DNA of 64,000 nucleotides from Lepidodermella squamata (lineage: Eukaryota; Animalia; Gastrotricha). Of the stretch, positions 12,003 to 25,691 are shown piece after piece (position 1 is the stretch's first letter; every line of letters begins with the position of its first letter). The stretch is from positions 1,612,001 through 1,676,000 of the forward strand of contig JBLDXI010000009.1 of NCBI GenBank assembly GCA_047495785.1, given 5' to 3'. A model generated the notes under the pieces. The model saw only the letters and a list, made by a program, of their open reading frames with translations, made no database searches and was not told the origin of the DNA. The translations under genes and the position numbers were made by a program.

Positions 12003-15000
12003 ATGGCAGTTGTTACATTTGAGGATACGGCGAAGATAATGCGGAGCTCGCAAGAGCTTGTCGAAATAATGGAAAATCCATCAGGTACTGATTTTGAGAT
12101 TTCGATTAAACTTTTCTGGAGCATTCGATTTGACATTTTGTTTGTTTAGGTCTTCCCTCTGGGAAAGGAAAGGCGATCGTGAGAAGGCGGAAGTATCGTC
12201 CAAGCAGCTGTCGCTTGCAGCTCACGGCATCACCATGCGTCAGGAAAGTGTCGCTGCACCTAGAGCTTCTTTCTACGGCTATTAGTGATATTCTGCTTTT
12301 GCGAAGTACGTTGCAAATTGATCTCTCATCTGTAGCCTCATCTCACGAAAATTACGAAGATTGAGGGACAAATTTATACCGCAGCTTATGATTTTGGGGA
12401 GAGGAGCTCTGTTTTCATTTTTCCTCATTACGATAGCTAGTGTCCGCCGATGCGTAGTATCGTTTGCTGATTTTCAATTGAGTGATCAAATTTGATATTA
12501 TAGAACAACCCGCCACATCCGCCCGTCCCGACACAACTCTGCAAGTTGTTGGTGTTGGGCAGCATCTCGAAAATCCAGGGCTCGACTCCGAGGCTAAAGC
12601 TATAACTGAAGAGGTTATAGGTGTCGTTGCCAAGTTGGAAGATGATATTGCGGATACAGAGAGTAGGCTGAACAGCCAAAAAGAAACCGCGGGCACTTTT
12701 AAGTCTGGACTTCACATGCTTCGCCGTCAACAGCTGCTCACTTTACACGCTGCTGTAGACACTGAGCATTCTTCATGCTCTGTGGACATTCAAGAATTGG
12801 AATGGCACGTCAATTACGAAAAGCGCCAAGTTGCTGGCCTGGAAAAGAGACATAACGTCGCTTACAAACTGAATCTCGATTTACGTAAGGAAATCGACTT
12901 CTATCAGAAGACCAAGCCCGAATTGGCGGAAAAGGCCGAACTTGAAGAGTCTTTACTGCAAATAATTGTAAAGGAGCAAACAAATGCTAATGTTGAATTG
13001 GAAAAGAGATCGGGGGTCTTGAAGGATACGGAGAAGAAACACGAGACTGCTATTGGAAAAATTAACGAGGAGAGAACATTCATTCAGAACGATTTGAAGA
13101 AAGTCAGGTATAATGCCTCTTCAATTTCTCAACATAAAATCTGTTATCTCTTAAATTTCTAAAGGAAAGAGCTGGCTGACGTTAAACAGGCAATCATCGA
13201 TGCCCGAGCTGAGTTCGATTACATGGTTGAGAAAAAAGCCCGCAGTGAATCGATGATAAAAAAGAACTCGCTGGATAAGCAGTTGTTCGATTTGAAATCC
13301 GACAATACGAGAGCTGCGATCCGTCAGCAAAACGAAGTTAACGCCAAGGTCTCAACGGAATTAGATGGTAATTTCGCGCCGTAAATAATCTGTTAATCTG
13401 GAGCAGCAATTATATGTTATTTCAGGGTTGATGGAAGAAAGCCGAGACCTAGAGAATCAGTTGATGACATTCACGTCCGATTTCGAGACTCAGAAGGCTA
13501 CGTGGGAGGATATTATTGCTGGAATGCAGCGAGGTAACTTAATAAAACGTGTCAAGATTTTTTTATCAGCTGATTAATTGTCAGATTTGTCTGCATTGGA
13601 GGAAAAATTTCGTTTGCTGCATCAAGAGGCCAATGACCTGGAAGCACTTGTTGATGACAAGTCTCGCGATCTAGAAGCGTTGAAAAAACGGAAAAACGAA
13701 CTTGAAACTAACGTCCGGCGCATGGAGAAGGACATTGTCAAGTATGAAGATCAGATGCTCCTGATTGTTGGGGAAATCGCCAAATTAGAGCACCTCGTTT
13801 ACGCTGCCGAAACTGAGCTGAAGAAGATTATTACTCAAAATTCCGAAGCAGAACGTGCGAAAAGAGCAACTATTGACAACTTGAAACAACAGGTTTGAAT
13901 TATAATTAGAGTGTCTGTATATTAATTACTACATTGTACTAAAAATAACTACAGATCAATCAGTTGAAGCAAGAAATTCAGACCCTAACGGCTCGTTACG
14001 AGTCTGATCTACAAGATCTAGATGAAATCAGAGCTCACACTCAGTGGAAACGTGAGCAATTCGATAAGCTGATTGCGGAAAACAACGCGTCTATTGCTGA
14101 AAAAACGGTTCGTAAAATTATTGAAAATTAATAGTATGTAGAAACGTAATTCCATGTCGTCATTTAGAGAAAAGTGGGCAAGCTCGAACAGAAAAACAAT
14201 GACAAATTGGCAACGGTAGCTGCCCTGGAAGAGCAGTTAGCGGCCCTGCGAGCAGAACGAGCCGCAACAGAGGAGCACCTGGACAGTGAAGCTGTTAAAG
14301 CAAGGGCCCGAATAGCTGAATTATCTGCTAAAAAAGAAATTCAGCTGAAAGAGCTTTCTGAAATGCGATTCGATTCGGAACGTCTCAACAGGTTGTTGAA
14401 AGAAATGAACGAAATGGTCGCAGCGATGCAGGCAGCAAGCCGGCGTTACGACTCAAGGCTTGAACAACTGGAGAAAATCTACGAAGAGGCTGATAAGCAA
14501 ATGAGCTGGCGTAAAAATATTGAAAATGAACTGCAAGAGCGGCTCGTGAGAAACCAAACTGGCCAAAGCGAAGGCGCCGACCGCCACCACACGAATTTAA
14601 ATCAACGCCAGTTCGCTCTAAAACTCGTTCGCGAATGCCTGGGCGCGAATTTCTACTACAACGCCTATTTAACTGCCAAGTATCGCCTGAGACAAAACGA
14701 GTTGAATGACGCTAGAAATATTCTCGCAAATAATTCTACAAAGAAAAGCTTGCAATTGATGCAAGCTGCCGATTCGGTCCTCACTTCGAAATTCTTGCGG
14801 ATGTTCGAAGCTTCGAATGAAATGGCTAGTGATGTACGTAGAGCCTACTGCGCTGTTCACCAGAGCAACACAGATTTTCAGTGCTGTAAGAACGTGCTCG
14901 AAATTCGAGATATCGGTTTTGCAATGTCAGCTGATGCAGCTAAGGATGGCGAAGAGCTTGTGGATATGTGTCGTGTCCAGGCTAAAATTCGCGATGATGT

Positions 15001-15088
15001 GAAATTTTCAGAATTCAAAACAGTTCCATTCGACGTCGCTGTAGAATTGGTCTCAAAACCGCCAATTGAACTCAAAAGAAAGTCATAA
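12003..15088 (+). CDS. CCDC178: Coiled-coil domain-containing protein 178-like (multi-exon)
   Basis: EEVIGVVAKLEDDIADTESRL...AVDTEH...DIQELEWHV...NLDLRKEIDF aligns with recalled CCDC178 (EAIRLIKSLETDRADAEEAL...AVQKEH...DVIELQWHL...IQADIDY); long coiled-coil exons with ~55-60 nt introns. Confidence 0.8.
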
Positions 15089-15169
15089 ATACTCCGATTT
15101 ATTCTGTGATCTACTTTCTACCAAATTATATTTTGAATAAATTCCATATTCCTACATTTGATAATAAAG

Positions 15170-16876
15170 CTATTTTGATTTTGCTGCAAGGATTAATTGT
15201 TTGATAGGCAGACTTTTCGCCAAATCCACCGCGTTTTCACCGTTACTATTTTTCAACTCGACATTAGCTCCGTTATCCAGCAGAACTGAAATCGTGTCGC
15301 CGTAGCCATTAACTGATGCAATGATCAAGCTTGACCATCCGAAATTGTCTTGTTCATTGACTTTTGCGCCGTTTTTCAGCAAAATTTTCACTACCCCGAG
15401 ATGGTTATTAGCCACTGCCATCATCAGCGGCGTCCAGCTCTTTCGATTTTTTGCGTTGACATCAGCGCCACGTTGAATTAACCATTCAACCATATTAACA
15501 TGACCGTTGCAGCTCGCGACCATTATCGGAGAAATATTGTTTGCATCCGCATAGTTCACATTGATATCATGTAAGGACTCAGCTTTTGCAACATCACCGC
15601 GTTCTGCAGCTTTACGGAGCTCATCATTGCTTTGGTTTGACTAGAAAACGAAACAAATAAGCCATGCGAAATAGCTGCATAGTGTAGAATTTACCGCCGA
15701 TATTTCCGCAAATCGAGCAGATGATTTGAGATCAGCGCCATTTTGAATCCCATTTTCCCGTTTGCTACCCAATACTTTGATGTCTGATAAGTAAGGATTT
15801 TTCACTAGCTCAGAAATGCCAAGTCTGTCTGCAGCTTGGATCGCTAGTAAACCATCAACCAAGCCGGTTAAATGGTCTGACACATGGCTCGGCAGTTTTG
15901 GGCGATCGCTAGTCATGATGCATTGGTAGATGGATTCATGAGGCTTTTTTGATTTTACGTCAACAGGGTAAGGTAGTTTCAGGGTTAGAAGTTCGTATAA
16001 GACTACGCCCAAGGACCACGAGTCAAATTTGGCTGTAATTACAGTGGGTCCTTTGCCAACGCTTGACGCCAATACTTCCGGCGGCATATGAAGCAAGGTT
16101 GAAATTACTGAGTCCTTGTTCAAAGTGGCATGGGCGACTCGAACACTGAAGTTTCAAAATTTTGGATAATTTAGCCTTTACAATAATAGGTAATTATCAA
16201 ACTTGTCGATCAGCTTTGCGATTCCAGCCTCGCTTAATTTCAGAGTTCGCAAATCGCTGGATAGAAACACATTCTGGTTCGAGCAATAAATTCCTAACTT
16301 CGGTTATAGTAAAAATTCCTGCCACTTACGCTGGGCTTGATATTCCGGTGTATAATTTGACGGCTATGGATGTACGAAATAGCTTGGACTAGCTGGGAAA
16401 ACCACAACTTAACCTAAGAACCCAATCCATTAATGGGCATATATTAGTAATCAGTTAGAACCTCGCTTTCGGGAAACGGATGATTAGACGTAAGCTTCCT
16501 CTCGTCGATTAGCGTTTGAAGGCTAGGGCCTGGAAAGAACTCCATCTCAATTTTGATAGCGTTACTAGCATAGTCTAGGAAACAAAAATATGTTTTATGC
16601 TGATTATTTTTGGTGTTGTAGGACCTTCGCTGACGCTGTAGAATCTTGCCAAGTTGGGATGTTGAAGTTTCAGCAGTCCGTAAGCCTGCAGTTTAAGCCG
16701 GATAATAATTGAAGTGAAGTAAACAGAGGTTAACCTACTTCAGCTTTGGCAGAAATGAGAACTGATGGATCGTCTCTGATTGAGTTTTCATCAAGCACAA
16801 TGGTTTTCAGGGCGACTTTACGCTGACCGACAGAGACAGAGCCGAAATTTCCAGAAGCTGGATTAGTTTCAGTCAT
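15170..16876 (-). CDS. Protein kinase-like (probable pseudokinase) domain fused to C-terminal ankyrin repeats
   Basis: SGNFGSV, VALK, LQHPNLARFY, IIHRNIKPS/NVFL, LKLSEAGIAK, HMPPE, DSWSLGVVLYEL, then ~4 ankyrin repeats (15170-15620). Confidence 0.85.
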
Positions 16877-17006
16877 CTTCGCGAAAAATTATCTACGAAT
16901 AACAGTTGATGTCAGAAATGAACTAAATATTTTCACCAAAATGAAAGCAAAGCGAAAAACAAAGCAAGTAATATCCCGGTATTGCGTCAACTAATTCCAG
17001 GCGAAG

Positions 17007-18235
17007 TTACTTAAGCTTTCGATTAATAACTGATACTCCGAACTCGTTGTACTCTTGACGAGTTATCCAGTTGGCTTGGAACGACGAAAGTGAGCTCAAA
17101 ATTGAGCCACCTATCCATGATGAATACTTGCGTTCAGGTCGAACTTCTAGAGTGATTTTAGTTCCAGGCGGCAGCGACCACTTCAATTCGCATTTTAAAC
17201 GTTCAGCAAAGCCAGGCGCAACAGTTGCACCACCACTTATAACGATATTGCTAAGCAACTCTTTTCTAATGTCCATTTCACAGGCTGAAACGGATCGAAG
17301 TAACAATCCGTGAATTCCTTCCAATTCACTGCCCGCTAAAGATGGTTTGAATAACACCTCATGACATTTAAATCGTTCGCTGCCCATGGTCAGTTTTTGC
17401 TGGTCGGGAAGTTCGTACTCAGTGACGAGAGAAGTAGCTTGTCCGCGTTCAATGGCTTCAGACGTTTGCGCCGCGTCTATCGTTACAAATCCAACATTCT
17501 CCTTGATATCTTTTGCGAGCTCGTAATCGTAAAGTTTCTTAGACTTTGTTGTCGCTGTATTCAAGAGTTTTTCTAGTTGCCGCGTTACATCTCGACCGCC
17601 AAAATTCATTCTCTGAGTAGCTTCGACGATTTCAAAGCCCTCATAAATCGCCATTGTATGCGTAACACCGTCTCCAACATGTAAAACCAACCCAGTTGTT
17701 CGACTTGAAGCCATCAGAGCCAACCAAGCTGGGTTTTCAATGTGCAGAGCTGGTACGTTGAATCGCTCGAACAGTGTCTCCACCATTCGGTGACGATTTT
17801 TTGCGGGGTTCAAAGGCGCCTCTAAAATCATCATTATTGAGATATTTTCAAATTGATATACAAAATTTCACCTGTTGTCAATACGTTATGCTCTTCGGGC
17901 GCTATTTTTAGGGCGTTTTTGAAGGTGTAGCGCCAGATTTGTTCCATAGCATCCCAATTTTGTACTACACCCCGCTCAATCGGGTATTGAAGCGATAGAA
18001 TTCCGCGCATTCGCTGCGCATCATCGCCGATGAATGTCTCTTGCATTGCAGCTCGCCGTTGCGCCCAGGCGAGAGATGAAGACGAAGTCTTAACCAGTTC
18101 ACACCTCGCCAACCACGCTGGGTATTGAGGTCGGCCGATGACATTGGACAGCAGGGTTGTAGGAATGTCATCTGCGCCAAAACCGGCTTTTATGCTACTT
18201 GTTCCATTCACCAAAACGCAGCTCACTTCTTTCAT
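17007..18235 (-). CDS. Divergent actin-like / actin-related protein (copy 1)
   Basis: IKAGF, YPIERGVVQNWDAME.IW, EAPLNP, GDGVTH, YELPD, ISGG, PERKYSSWIGGSIL; one intron at ~17824-17871. Confidence 0.92.
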
Positions 18236-18520
18236 TTCAGATTATTTGAATCTTATATCTACGCAAACTAAAAAAGCACTTGAAATATAGCGCGGTTTTA
18301 TTTCGGCGAAAAATTCTAGGCAGTTATATCATAGATAAAACAATCCACTCCCTCAAGCGTGCTAAGGGATATCTTTTAGAGAAACGCGGAGGCGTCTCAT
18401 ACGCAGAGATAAAACGCTTTTCTTAGTAACAATGTATCCTAAATACACTTGAAACGATCTAAAATGAAGGTTAAATCGAGGTAGCAATTAGCCATTTAGT
18501 CATACGATATATAGGTCAAA

Positions 18521-19642
18521 TCAAAGAGTAAATTTCCTGAAAATTATTGCTGCACCGTACTCGTCGTAGTTTGATCTTGACAACCACTCGCAATTTGGCG
18601 ATTGCGCCACTTTTGATCCGCCTAACCATGCCAAGAACTGCCGCTCCTTCCTCGCACTTACTTTCACCTTGATATCACGATGCGTCTGACGTTGAAGCTC
18701 GGCAGTCAGGCGGCTGGCGAAACCGTCAAAACAAGTTGTTCCTCCAGCTAGGACTACATTGCCGAAAAGCTTTCTAATCTTGTCTTCATTACCCCCACTC
18801 GCTCTTACAATCGACTCGATTACGGTGAATTGCAGCCCAATATCTTCACGGCCTGCCATTGACGGCTGAAACAGAGCTTCTGGACATTTGAAACGCTCGT
18901 CACCTAGAATTATTTCGCTAGAATCGGGCAGGACATATTTAGCGGAGTAAGTCGTCAGCTTCAAACTAGTTCTTAGATCCTCCGGGTAGTCAGCTGATAC
19001 AAAACACATCTTCTCTTTGATTTCTCGAGCTATTTCGCGTTTGGCAGATGACTCGGCAAGGTTAACTCCGGTCCCTCGAGATATCAGTTTCGATAAGCGA
19101 GATGTCAAATCACGACCTGCGTAGTTCTTAGCTGTTGTTGAATCAATAGAAAATTTCCCGTCAATAACCGGCATGACGTATGTTACACTTTCCCCACTAT
19201 CGACAATGACTCCTGTTTGGCGATTCGTAGCTTTCAGTGCGAGAAGTCCTGTGTTTTCTAGATGAAGCGCTGGAACGCCGAATGATTCGAACATCACCTC
19301 GCAAATATTAGCTTGGCGCTTTTTCGGAGACAACGGATTCACGGTAACTACTACACGATGTTTGTCAGGCCGTGCTTTTAATAGGTTAAATCCATAGCGC
19401 CATATCTTTTCGCGGCCATCTAAGTCGTTCCAATCCGGATGTCGTAGATTTAGAATTCCCCGCAGCTTCTGAGCCTCATTGCCGACGTAGAAATCTCTTG
19501 GAACCGCAGTAACTAACCGTGATCTGATTCGAACTTCGTCAGGATAACCGATTTGAGCGGGGAAAACTATTTTTGGAGCATCATCGCCAACATATCCAGC
19601 TTTTATGTAGCCGCTACCGTCGTCTAAAACCACCCCAGACAT
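18521..19642 (-). CDS. Divergent actin-like / actin-related protein (copy 2, intronless)
   Basis: VVLDDGSGYIKAG, DSGESVT, AGRDLT, REIKEK, YVLPD, ERFKCPEALFQP, LAGGTT, WLGGS. Confidence 0.92.
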   Translation of the reverse strand: MSGVVLDDGSGYIKAGYVGDDAPKIVFPAQIGYPDEVRIRSRLVTAVPRDFYVGNEAQKLRGILNLRHPDWNDLDGREKIWRYGFNLLKARPDKHRVVVTVNPLSPKKRQANICEVMFESFGVPALHLENTGLLALKATNRQTGVIVDSGESVTYVMPVIDGKFSIDSTTAKNYAGRDLTSRLSKLISRGTGVNLAESSAKREIAREIKEKMCFVSADYPEDLRTSLKLTTYSAKYVLPDSSEIILGDERFKCPEALFQPSMAGREDIGLQFTVIESIVRASGGNEDKIRKLFGNVVLAGGTTCFDGFASRLTAELQRQTHRDIKVKVSARKERQFLAWLGGSKVAQSPNCEWLSRSNYDEYGAAIIFRKFTL

Positions 19643-19848
19643 GATTATTTGTGATAAAATAACGAGACACAAACCGGTAGCAGGGCGCGGAAAAACTTTA
19701 CGGGCCTTGCAATGTCGCGAGCTTTTTGCGGCAATAAACGGCCATTATCTTATCGAATTCACTTTACGCGGAAAAACAAGCGGCTATCGTGAAAGCAAAT
19801 AAACGTAAACAACTGTTTTATTCAAGATAAACCGCCAAATAATATAAT

Positions 19849-21018
19849 CTAGTTTCTACCCGGGTTAAGCATAATTTTCTTGTGAATCGCAGCGGCGCCA
19901 TGTTCGTTATAAAAGCGTTTCGTGATGGTAAGTTCGTTGAAAAAGGGTAAATCGGCTAGAACGGAAGCACCTGTCCAGGCCGCATGTCTGCTAAATGGGC
20001 TTTCGGATACATGGAACCGCAATCCGTTTGACGCTGTTAGAAGCTCAGTTTCCAGCCGTTTCAGAAAACCAGGAAATAGCCATCCTGCTCCAGACATAAC
20101 AATATTTTCGCTCAAATCTCGTCGAATGTCGATTGGGCACTTCCCTAGAGACTTCAAAATCAGCTGTTGCACGCTTTTTGCTTTCGACCCAAATTTCGCA
20201 GGCTGAAATGCCAGTTCTGGGCAACGAAACCGTTCCGTGATTAGTTTTAGCTTCAAATTTTCGCCGCGTGCCTTGTACTTGGCCCTGATCTCCCCTTCAT
20301 TTCTAGAGGCCGTCTCCATTTCGTTGACAAAATTTGCAGCAACGTAACAAAGCCTTTCTTTGATGTCTCGTAAAATTTCACTATCGATCGCGCTTCCGAT
20401 GATGTTTCCGAGGTGGTCGGTTAATGCTGAACCGGCAATATCGCTCGAGTGTACGGTAGCATTGGCTATCAGGTAACCCTCGAACATTGGGACTATGTTC
20501 ACATCACTGTGACCAAATTCCACCATTAAGGCTGTGGATTTATTCCCTGCGAAAAATGAAAGCGGCGCTGGAGTCGCGACGAAAATGTCGAGAAATCCAC
20601 TTTTCTCAAACATCAACTCAGTCAATTTTTCGAGCTGAGATCTCGGGCTATTCGGAGAAGCTGTGAAAAAAAATCAGGAAAAATAACTACGCTGTATATC
20701 AATAATGAACAAACTCGTAATGATTAAAGAATGTTGAACAGGATCTGCCTTGAGTTTTCTGAACATTACGTCTTGCCAAATTGATTCCATTGCGTCCCAA
20801 TCTTCGATTACGCCTTGTTTTATGGGTGACTCGACGCTCAACATGCCCTGGCGCGATTCCAATTCTTGACCGATGAAAGGTCCTTTCAGGCCTAGGTCAG
20901 GCGCCATTGGCTTGCCCGCTAGTGTTCTGTAACAGATTTGCGGTGCATTCTGCGTAGAAAATCCTGCCTTGATTTGGCTGGAGCCATTGTCAATAATAAT
21001 CGCTGAGCTATGTGACAT
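19849..21018 (-). CDS. Divergent actin-like / actin-related protein (copy 3)
   Basis: IIIDNGSSQIKAGF, PIKQGVIEDWDAMESIW, AGSALT, RDIKE, ERFRCPE..FQP, WTGAS; one intron at ~20661-20716. Confidence 0.9.
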
Positions 21019-21240
21019 TGTAATTTAGAGCTGTTCTGCAAATTCCCGGCTGGTAAAATACAACTTTATCAAAACGCAATGCCGGAAAACGGCAGCAGCA
21101 GATAAAAACCACGCAACGTCGTATCATTAAAATTGGCTTTATTAATTTTTCGGTACAAAAACGGGTGCGAGGTTGCAAGAGAATTGTGAGCAAATAATAA
21201 CCGGTGAGAATGAATTCAATAAAACATCTATCATATAAAA

Positions 21241-24200
21241 TTAGTTAGCGATGTGACACTCTTCGGCCAGCGAGCGGCAATAACGTGTTTCGACCTCGAT
21301 TTCCCGCTCCAGTTTTTCCATGCGAGCTCTCAATTTTTTCACCTCGTCATAGACGTTTGGTGACGGAATATTTTCCGCATGAATTAATTTCTTCATCTCA
21401 ACTTGAAGATTGCTGAAAAATAAGAAAATAATTTAAAAAAGTCGATAATCAAATGAATGAACTGACCTAAGTTCGCATTTCATGGTCATTAATAGTTCAA
21501 GGCGGTGCTTCAGCTCAACCAGTCTCAAATCGTCACCCTCATCATAATTGGTAAGGTGATCGCAATTTCTGGACGTCGCTCGCGGGTTAATTTCATTTGG
21601 TGTTAACAACGATTTATTAAAGAATTTCGCATTCGCGGAAGATGGCCGAGTTTGATCAGTAACAAAGAACGATGTCGAATTTTCAGTCGCGAGTTCCACA
21701 AGGTCTTGAGGACGAAGCAATTTCGGTGAGCAGCTGTCACTTCGACTCTTCAATTTCAAATCATCCGGTGATATGAGATTCGTGGATGGTTTCGACGAAG
21801 GCAGTTGGGAAGAAGGCGTTTGCGAGCGGAAATTTTCGAATGCATTCCTCTCGGTTGGACGAACACCTTGATTGAATACTCGATCACGCTCGACTTCCGG
21901 GATGAGGAAATCTGGAATTCTCGGCATTGGCCGGTGCCTTGCCGCAACCCAGGATGGAGTTTCAATAACTCGAGCCGGTTTAATTGGCTCAAAGGTTCTG
22001 GCCGGAATTTCTGGAACACTCAAGACAACAGGCTCTTTTTTCGCCCTTTTCCGCTTCTCGACAACATCCCGCCATCGTCGAGCAAATCTGCGAGTTATTC
22101 GCAGTTTTCGCTGCGATATTGACCAGTCGCTTGGCGGTATTGAATGGTGGTCTTTCATCCAGAATTGGTCAGCAACAGCAATCCAGTGGCTCACAGCTCG
22201 ACGAGACAATAACTCCTGCCGAATAAAAAGGGCCTCTCGCTCTTTTTCATGCTTCGCCCGTCTTGCTTTGATGTATCGAAGCCAGGCGGCGAAAACAACT
22301 GACTTTAGATTCGAAGCCCACTGCCAAAGGGCGACGAGATTTTTTTGTTGCTCGGCCCGAACTTCGGCGAGGCGGGTTCGCCAAAGGACGAAAGCATTCG
22401 CTGTAATACGAACACTCGAAAACTGATCGGCCCATTGATGAAGAATCAGTTTTCGGATCGACGTCAAACGATACTGACGCCATGCTTCGAAAGCACGCCG
22501 CAATCGTACTCGTTCTTCGTGGATCACCGCTCGTTCAATGTTGAGCCGCGATACAATCAAAGCATCGCTTCGCTGGCGCCATTTCTGAAGAGCCGCACGT
22601 AGCATGACTGAAAGTTGAAAAATAGGCATATAATCATGAAAATTCAGAATTTTCTCTTACTTTTCCTTCGAATCGATTGCATCAATTCGACCTTATGAGC
22701 TTGCCAGTCGTGCTTTGCCGAAACGATGTTACTTCTCAAGCGCCAAGCTGTAAAACACCGCTGCACCAATTTTCGATTCGCAGCCGCATGAGCCAAATCA
22801 GCTTTCAATTTTTTCGATGCGAAAATGATAGCTTGGCGGCGCCAGACTGCGAAAACAGTCGCCATTAATTCACGATTCTTGAGTTCAACTTTCGACTCGA
22901 CAGTCTCAATAGCTTGATGTGATTGTTCTAGGGCGATTTTAAGGCCGCGGAAAAATTTCCGCTGAAGGCGCTCACGGTAGTACTGCGTAGCCCAAGACAA
23001 CTCGAGCGCTCGATCTTTCTTGCGTTCGACGTACATTTTCCAGGCCGCGAAGCATTTCTTCCGGCTTGAGTAAGCCTTGAACTGATCAGCAGCAATTGCA
23101 TCACGGCTTCTATTATTCAGTAAAACAGGCATCAGATTTATGCACTTGAAAACGCAACTTACTGTTCGGCTCGATTCAGGTAAGCATCGCGCCACTTGGA
23201 AAAGCAGTGTGAAATGACGGTGAATCTGCGCCGCTGCGTGAAAATCAATAGCTTCTCGTTGCAAATTCGAATTTTCATCAAGGCGGCCATCCATGCATTG
23301 AATTTAGCTGATTTCAGCCGCTTCTCGTCAAACATAATAGCCAGATGATTTAACATTCGATTGTCTTTCACAATTTGCAGCGCATTCTTCCAAACGGTGA
23401 AACATTTTCTAAGCCGGATCAGTTTCGAGAACTGCGATGCCAGAGAATTGTTTCGTTTCTTAGCTGCAGCAGATCGCCAATAGAAGAAGAAATTTGACAA
23501 CCGTCGCCGCGTGCAAACATCTGCAGCCAACAAATTTTGAATGGTCTTCTCGCGTCGATCATTCGCGTACAAGTTCCACTGAGTGAAACATTTTGACAGC
23601 AATCGCATGGTTAGAAAGCGTTCGGCGGTCCGGTAGCGCCAAACCAGTCTCGTGTCTTCCCTCCTGTCGAATGCATCGCTCCAAGTTTGAAAAGCTCGCT
23701 TCAATATCTTCACGAAACAATAAATATAGTGATCATGATGAGAAAGCTACTCTTACCGCGCGAGAGGCAAACTTTGTAGCTGCTTCATTCATCGATGCTT
23801 TTTTAGATTTAAGATCGAGAAACGATCGAAACGCAGTGAATGTTTTTTTCTTCAATGTCCTTTCATACAGGAATTCGGCTTCGTAAGTTTGAACTTCTCG
23901 GTATCGTCGATACTTCAAGCCTACAATACTGAAGATGTGATCAATGATGAATCGCAATTTTTCGACTCACAGAGTTTCCAAGCCTCAAAATGCCGTCGTA
24001 ATTGGGCTCTTCTTGCCAGCGAACTCATAGCACGTTTATTAGCCTCTTGTTTGACTGCTTGTTCGTATTGTGTGCTCCAAGAATAAAAGTAGCGAAGAAG
24101 AAGCGAGAGTCGTCGAAATTTGTCTGCACGCACTGTTATTCATTAAAATTCATTAAAATTGGAGAATGATTAGAGCTGTGATAATTAGGTACTTTTCAGC

Positions 24201-25224
24201 CGCCTGACTGGCCGCTTTGCTATCGCCCTATTTTTCAAAGTTAACAAGAATTGCTTCGCCATCCGACGAGTGCGCTCAGCACGCAGGACACCAATCTTGA
24301 ATTCGAGGAAGAAATTTGCACTCAACTTCTTTCTCCAAAGCCGTAAAAACTGAAAAAGTGAATGCCAATCGTTGACCTACTAAACATATTTCGATACTCA
24401 CCCTCCTTTGAAGATTTTGGTTGTAAAAACTGATTGCCTCCTTGTTCATAATCAACAAGTCACCTTTGTTGTCATGATGAAATTTCCAGATTGCGAAAAG
24501 ACGGCTATTTAAACACCGTAGATAGTTGTTATATGAAGAGAAGTTTTTTGCAAAAATACCGCAATGTCTCAAAATTTCGCTGTTTGATAACCTCATCGCA
24601 TAACTGTTTCAGCAATTTCTTCTTCTGAATCCAGATCGACCACGCTTTAAATGCGAGTCTCATTAGGTTCAAATCACCTAAGAATCATCAGAAGTAAAAT
24701 AGCATAACGTATTTCAATCATACCCAACTTACCATGATTCTCAGCTTTCTTCATCATTACCTGCTTTCCCACGCGATAACCACGATACGACTGCCAAGCT
24801 CGAAAGCAAAGCTGCATAAGCTTGAATTTGAAATGGCAATCGGCTCGAACTTCCAATCGCCATTCTTGTCTGTTGGTCCACCATAGATCTTTCCAAGTAG
24901 CGAACGATTTTTTCAATTTCGAACGGTTTATTTCCTTTCTGCAATAAGAAGTATACCATCCCGTTTATACCTGTCATTACAAGATTCTTACTTAGCGACA
25001 GAAGGAAGGATGCGGCCGAACGCATTCTTCTTCCACAATGCAAGATATTTTCTCGCAAGAAATCGCCGGCGAATTTCCTTCAAGCGGCCCCCTCGATTCC
25101 ACGCATAATCAGTTGTAAATCGATACTTATATGCTGCTTTTTTTGGTGAGTCTTTGCGTGCAACTGGAGAGGTTGGTACTTTCGAAACTACAGCCGGTCT
25201 TGAACGGTTAGAGGTGCTGTTCAT
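21241..25224 (-). CDS. SFI1: SFI1 centrin-binding centriole protein (many exons)
   Basis: N-terminal [25 protein letters not shown]...FGRILPS matches the SFI1 N-terminus; dozens of A-x7-L-x3-F-x2-W Sfi1 repeats in ORFs 21433-24916. Confidence 0.9.
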
Positions 25225-25691
25225 ATAAATATCTGGAACCTAAAGAAAACACATAAGGCAATGAGGCAACCAAACAACAAAATAGACATGAAGGAAAACA
25301 TTCTCAGATAAGACTTTGTATCGATCTTCCAACAATGGCGGTTTATCCATGTTGAGGATACAGCGGACCAGGTATGAAATATGCAACTTCAAGCGCCAAG
25401 CACCCAATGCGGATACATCCGTTTATCAATCAGTCCCTCCGCCTCCGCAACAAACTTACCTAGTACCTGGTATGTCGTTAACATGGGCGATGGGCGCATT
25501 ACAAACAAACACTAAACAGAGTTTTTACTCTCACTAACTGCAAGCTATGCAATGGTTAGTAGAAGGTGGTAGGGTAGGGTACTGGTTAAGGCGGCATCGC
25601 AACATGACCATAAGGCATAGAGAAAAAATGACCAAAGAAAGCACTCAAGCTAAAATTTCCAAATCCTCATTTTAATTCAAAGTTGACTTTC

